Origin: an uncultured virus (IMG/VR IMGVR_UViG_3300033562_001302)
Lineage: Duplodnaviria; Heunggongvirae; Uroviricota; Caudoviricetes
IMG/VR virus record: IMGVR_UViG_3300033562_001302
DNA: 20,000 nucleotides
Strand: one strand, 5' to 3'
Positions 15,542-20,000 of the stretch are shown in pieces (the first letter of the stretch is position 1; every line of letters starts with the position of its first letter). The translations under genes were made by a program, and so were the position numbers. A model generated the notes under the pieces. That model searched no databases and had not been told where the DNA came from. It worked only from the letters and a program-made list of their open reading frames with translations.

Positions 15542-17787
15542 TGTGGGGAAATAATGAAAATAACAATGATGGTAGTATTGATCAACCAAGTCAAGCTCCC
15601 AATACAGGTGGATCTATATTACAATCACTTAGTGCTTTAAATCAAATTGATCAAAAATTTAACGACTTATATGATAATATAGTAGTAAATTTAAATAATT
15701 ATAACTTGCATAGTTCAGCTATTCAAAGAATAGAGATAAAAGATTTAGCTGATAAATTACAATCAATCAATAAAACAGATGTAGCTACATCTGATGTAGA
15801 TATAAATGAAGACATTAATCATTTATTAAATAATTCTAATAGTGATATTTTAGGTAAGCTTGGTTCAACATCAATCCCAACTGAAAGAAAAGAAAGATAT
15901 GATTATTATGATGAGATGGCTAATCTAAACTATATTGCATACAGAATGCTTAAAGTTTATGTTGACAATATCCTTATTAAGAATAATCAAACTAAACAAT
16001 TTTTATCTATAAGTGAAAATTTAGATAATAGTTCAATTATTAAAAATCTTGATAAAAATGTTGTTAATCAATATAAGAATTTTATCAAAACTTTTAATAT
16101 ATATTTTGATGTTCCTAAAAAATTAAAAGATAAAATATTACCAAAAATGTTAAAATATGGAAATTGTTATCTAGAGATTATAAATCTATCTAAAATTAAT
16201 TCTATTGTAGAAAATAAGCCAAGCTTAATCACAGAAAATATTACGGTTCCATTTGTAGGTGATAACACTTATAATTTTGGTTTTAAATATGAAGATAGCA
16301 ATAATATATCTCTAGAAGATAAAACAGAATTGTTAATGGAAAACTCAAATGTCTTTGGAACTCTTAATGAAGAAACTAATGAGTTTGCAAATATTCAAGG
16401 TGCGAATGAACAATTTAAAGCTCTATTATTAAATAAAAGTCTTAAAGAGGGTATCATTTATGAAAGTGATGATGTGTTTTGGCAAAATATAGGTGAAGAT
16501 AAAGAAGAGACATTTGACTTTAATCTAAATGATATTTCAGATATCAATTTTAAAAGCATTCAAGATATTCATATAACAGTAGTTGATCCACATAAAGTTA
16601 TCCCAGTTGAAATGAATGATATTTTATACGGTTATCTAATTGTTGATGAAGATGAATCAGCTGGTGAAAATGAGATAGATGTTTATAAACGTTTTATGTC
16701 AGATGGTAATGGTAAAAAGAATTCTAAAAATGATGTGAAACAAGTTGTTGACACTTTAACAAAAAGTATCGTATCAAGATTAAAAACTTCTTTATCAAAA
16801 AAGACTACAAAAAGTTTAGCTGATTTAGAATTAGGTGAAGAGATAGAAACAAGTCTCAAAGTAATATTGTATCATAAAATAAAAGATAATGCTAAATTAA
16901 AGTTTAGATTCGTATCAAGTAATAGATTAGTAGATTTCCATACAAATGTTGATAAATATAATAATCATGGTACTAGTATTTATGATCCTATTGCTCAACC
17001 TTTAAAAATGTATACACTCGCTATGATGTCTAGTATTGTTTCAAGATTATCAAGAGCAAGTGTTGTAAGAAGATGGATAGTGGAAGCTGGTTCTAAAAAG
17101 AATCATCCTGAACTAATTGCCAAATTGAAACAAGATATAGCTAATAAATCTATAACTTTTGATAGTTTAAGTAATATTAAAAATATTTCAAATGTTATAA
17201 CAGACTATAAAGACTTTGCAACTATATCTGTTAATGGTCAAAGATATATAGATATGGAAGTTGTTCCAATGCATGATCGAGGCTTACCTATTAATGATAT
17301 GCAAGATCTTAGAAATGAATTAATTGCATCAACTGGTATTCCTAGTATTTATTTAAATATTAGTGATCAAGCAGATGTTAGAGAAACACTTGTTAATTTA
17401 AATATTGGATTTGCTAATACAGTTAGTTCATATCAAGATAATATAGATGCAGGTATAAACAAAGCTCTAAATATTGTATTCTCGATGATATTAGAGAATA
17501 ATGATTACAAAGATAATATTATTAACTTGAGTAATTATTTTAAAATTGCATTGAATCCACCTGTTATATTAATGCTGCAAGCAGCGGAAGCAAGTGTATC
17601 AAGTGTAGCGAATATTGTTGGTATGTTACAAGGTGTTCAATTTACAGTTGATCCTCAAAAAATTCTTGAACAATATATTCCACAAATTGATTGGTCGTCA
17701 TTGAAAAAATCTGGTGAGACTTATGTTAAAGAAGAAGCTAAGAAAGTTTTAATGCAGCCACAAGACCAATCACAACCACCAATGTGA
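15541..17787 (+). CDS. Portal protein, T4 gp20-like, enlarged (748 aa)
   Basis: RYDYYDEM..VDNIL, MLKYGNCY, VVDP, GTSIYDPIAQPLKMYTLAMMSSIVSRLSRASVVRRWIVEAG and DMQDLRNELIASTGIPSIYL occur in the order of the gp20 motifs (..IYRITRAP.RRV.Y.D.G; D..F...L..AL.VP). Confidence 0.8.
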   Translation: MWGNNENNNDGSIDQPSQAPNTGGSILQSLSALNQIDQKFNDLYDNIVVNLNNYNLHSSAIQRIEIKDLADKLQSINKTDVATSDVDINEDINHLLNNSNSDILGKLGSTSIPTERKERYDYYDEMANLNYIAYRMLKVYVDNILIKNNQTKQFLSISENLDNSSIIKNLDKNVVNQYKNFIKTFNIYFDVPKKLKDKILPKMLKYGNCYLEIINLSKINSIVENKPSLITENITVPFVGDNTYNFGFKYEDSNNISLEDKTELLMENSNVFGTLNEETNEFANIQGANEQFKALLLNKSLKEGIIYESDDVFWQNIGEDKEETFDFNLNDISDINFKSIQDIHITVVDPHKVIPVEMNDILYGYLIVDEDESAGENEIDVYKRFMSDGNGKKNSKNDVKQVVDTLTKSIVSRLKTSLSKKTTKSLADLELGEEIETSLKVILYHKIKDNAKLKFRFVSSNRLVDFHTNVDKYNNHGTSIYDPIAQPLKMYTLAMMSSIVSRLSRASVVRRWIVEAGSKKNHPELIAKLKQDIANKSITFDSLSNIKNISNVITDYKDFATISVNGQRYIDMEVVPMHDRGLPINDMQDLRNELIASTGIPSIYLNISDQADVRETLVNLNIGFANTVSSYQDNIDAGINKALNIVFSMILENNDYKDNIINLSNYFKIALNPPVILMLQAAEASVSSVANIVGMLQGVQFTVDPQKILEQYIPQIDWSSLKKSGETYVKEEAKKVLMQPQDQSQPPM

Positions 17788-17791
17788 TAAA

Positions 17792-17799
17792 TATAAATA
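17792..17799 (+). promoter_or_regulatory. T4-type late promoter-like TATAAATA
   Basis: Exact T4 late consensus in the gap between portal and the next gene. Could arise by chance in AT-rich DNA. Confidence 0.3.
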
Positions 17800-17814
17800 A
17801 ATAAAGGATTACAT

Positions 17815-18396
17815 ATGAAAATATCTAAATTATCTAAATTATTAACAGAAGATCAAATTTTATTACTTGATAGAATGAATGATAATTTGGTATTATTATT
17901 AGAAGCAGAATTACAACAATCTGATGAAGATCCAGATTTATCAAAAGATAGTGAGGAGGAAGCACCTGTTGATAATACTCAACCAGGTGCAGAAGAACCT
18001 GTCGCTCAAGAACAACTTGATGCTAATGGTCAACCTATATTGTCACCCGAAGATACATTAATGTATGAACTTCAAGGGGCTGATGATAAATTTGTGCAAT
18101 TTGCTTTATATAATAGATTGATAGAACTTGATAATAAAATTGAATTGTTGTTAATAAATATTCAAGATGGTGTTGGTATTAAAGCGAAAGATTTTTATAA
18201 TCGTTTAATACAATATAAACAATATGTTGAAATATTAAACGAGTTAATATTTAGTATGAGCACATCTACTATTTATAAAATAGTGGGAACAATTGAACTA
18301 GAATTAATAGAATTATTAGAACAATATACTCAAGCATACAATGACAATCTAATATATGATGAAGCAAGAGAAAGGATAAAAGATGATAACATTTAA
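17815..18396 (+). CDS. Acidic protein downstream of portal; possible prohead core/scaffold component
   Basis: AAGGA RBS. MKISKLSKLLTE..LLLE, acidic linker, helical C-terminus. Position is analogous to T4 gp67/gp68. Confidence 0.65.
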   Translation: MKISKLSKLLTEDQILLLDRMNDNLVLLLEAELQQSDEDPDLSKDSEEEAPVDNTQPGAEEPVAQEQLDANGQPILSPEDTLMYELQGADDKFVQFALYNRLIELDNKIELLLINIQDGVGIKAKDFYNRLIQYKQYVEILNELIFSMSTSTIYKIVGTIELELIELLEQYTQAYNDNLIYDEARERIKDDNI

Positions 18397-20000
18397 ATAT
18401 AGCGATAATCTTACATACAATGTTAATCCAAATTCTAATGATATGCTTGGATACCAAATTAAAGGATTAGAAGCTGATGCTAAAGATCCTTCTGATTATT
18501 TAAGATTAGTAGCTAGAACATTTAGTTCTTTTAAAGATAGAGTTTCTGAAACATCAGTGTCATCATATATTAATGGTTTTGAAATTGGTTATGATAATGA
18601 TTATATTCAAGAACTAGATGTTAATAATATACCAACTAATACAAATTATCATATTTTTAAAATAAGTCCTGGTGCTTGTTTTATAAATAATCAATTTATA
18701 GAATTTACTGAAAGAACTATGTTTTATAAAAGATTTGATGAATTTAATTTTAATAAAACACCAAATACTTATACAGATTTTGCAATTATTGTAACTTATG
18801 GTTTTGTTGACCAATATAATGATGCTGGAGCTAAGATACAAATAGTGCCTTATAAAGATTTAGCATTTCCATTATTGGAAAATGGTGATACAAATGTGTG
18901 TAGCTTTAATGATTCTAGTTTATCAGGTAACTCTACATCAGTAATGTATAATACTCCTGGTTTGTTAATTGGTAAATTTAGTTTATATAGTGGTGCATCA
19001 GGTGCGCTTGATGCGGGTAGAGCATGTACTACTTATGAGCCAAGACAATATAATATGATTGATTATCAAGGTCTAGATAAATTATATATGTCTAACTATA
19101 AATTATTATTTGAATATTTTGGTTCACAAGCAGAAACAGTTTTTTCCGCTTCTGGATTAACTCAATCAACTTTTATAAGTGTTGATGGTGTATATATTGA
19201 CTCTTCTGTTGAATCCGGTGATATGGTTAGAATATATCAAGATCCAAATACAAATAAAATTATATACTTACCAGCGATGGCTTCAAGACAAACCTTTGAT
19301 CAAGTTGTTGGATTATATCTCTATGATTTTCAATCTAAAAATCATATAATTTATTTAAATGGTTTAGTTACTATTGATGTAACAAGACATTCTCTAAAAC
19401 CAACACATGTCTTATTTAATATGATTCCTGGTATCAAATATTATTTAGATAATACTTGTAGTATATATGATAATATGGATGAAGTTATTAGAGTAGGTGA
19501 TTTAGCTATTGCTGATAATAGTGGAAAATTAACTACAAAATATTATAATGGTAGTGTTATGATTGGTACAGCAACAGCTTGTAATCAAATATTAATTAAT
19601 ATTAATCATGCTATGGAAATAGGTGTTCAAAATTTATTAGAATTATTTGGTACATCTTCAACATTTAAGAAAGAGTTAACAGCTCAGAAAAAATATATTG
19701 ATGCTGAAAAAATTATTGAAAAGAATACAAGTCTTATTGCTCAATATAATACTAATAAAAACATAATCCAAACAGAAATAGGAACAACTATATCTGATAC
19801 AACTATTTTATTTAAAATAGTAAATGGTTCAGATACTATAACTTTATTTAATCAATTTGATGATCTAGATGTAAAAATAGAAAAATCTTCTGAAATGTAT
19901 AATTATTTATATAAAATATTTATAGGTTCATCTAATTTTTCTGATCTTAAAACAATTAATATATTTACGAGTGGTTCTGTTTTTAGTGATCAGCAATATA
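18383..20000 (+). CDS. 3'-truncated large virion structural protein (>539 aa; tail fibre/baseplate-like); missing from the ORF track
   Basis: AAGGA RBS, ATG at 18383 (MITFKYSDNLTYNVNPNS...). I read the frame open to the window end. ISPGACFINNQFIE resembles a tail-protein N-terminal motif. GDMVRI..PAMAS..VVG..NGLV..IPGIKYYL..GKLTT..IGTA..QILINI resembles a cement/decoration-type beta domain. Confidence 0.85.
   Translation, partial: MITFKYSDNLTYNVNPNSNDMLGYQIKGLEADAKDPSDYLRLVARTFSSFKDRVSETSVSSYINGFEIGYDNDYIQELDVNNIPTNTNYHIFKISPGACFINNQFIEFTERTMFYKRFDEFNFNKTPNTYTDFAIIVTYGFVDQYNDAGAKIQIVPYKDLAFPLLENGDTNVCSFNDSSLSGNSTSVMYNTPGLLIGKFSLYSGASGALDAGRACTTYEPRQYNMIDYQGLDKLYMSNYKLLFEYFGSQAETVFSASGLTQSTFISVDGVYIDSSVESGDMVRIYQDPNTNKIIYLPAMASRQTFDQVVGLYLYDFQSKNHIIYLNGLVTIDVTRHSLKPTHVLFNMIPGIKYYLDNTCSIYDNMDEVIRVGDLAIADNSGKLTTKYYNGSVMIGTATACNQILININHAMEIGVQNLLELFGTSSTFKKELTAQKKYIDAEKIIEKNTSLIAQYNTNKNIIQTEIGTTISDTTILFKIVNGSDTITLFNQFDDLDVKIEKSSEMYNYLYKIFIGSSNFSDLKTINIFTSGSVFSDQQY

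Noticed and set aside
2468..18841. All minus-strand ORFs in the track (2468, 4385, 7423, 10669, 11905, 12940, 13324, 14484, 14756, 18269, 18614)
   Set aside because: They are short, lie antisense to well-supported + strand genes, and have shadow-like composition with no recognisable motifs.
1..20000. Stop-codon reassignment
   Set aside because: Genes are intact and tightly packed in the standard code. TAA dominates and TGA ends two genes. TAG is simply unused, so there is no positive evidence of recoding.

Overview
AT-rich segment of a large, distantly T4-like (myovirus/jumbo-type) phage genome. About 21 densely packed genes lie on the + strand, most with AAGGA-type ribosome binding sites and read in the standard code. 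Virion morphogenesis genes recognised by motif: gp13-like neck protein (2973-3686), gp53/LysM-like baseplate protein (5198-5527), large terminase (7439-9619), a 1301-aa tail hub/tape-measure-like protein with a C-terminal peptidase M15 domain (9695-13600), a gp48-like tube cap/initiator (13658-14695), an enlarged gp20-like portal (15541-17787) and a long structural gene running off the right edge (18383 to >20000, absent from the ORF track). Two things stand out. (1) An array of small genes shares a near-identical 73-aa N-terminal leader full of (I/L)-x-E prohead-protease-type sites, fused to unrelated C-terminal cargoes. This looks like a modular capsid-targeting cassette system for internal proteins, with signs of gene conversion. 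(2) A ~380-bp nested palindrome sits directly upstream of the terminase, with 132-bp inverted arms, five ATCC-N4-GGAT sites and hairpin loops that keep the same strand orientation in both arms. All functional calls come from motif recognition by eye; no database search was run.
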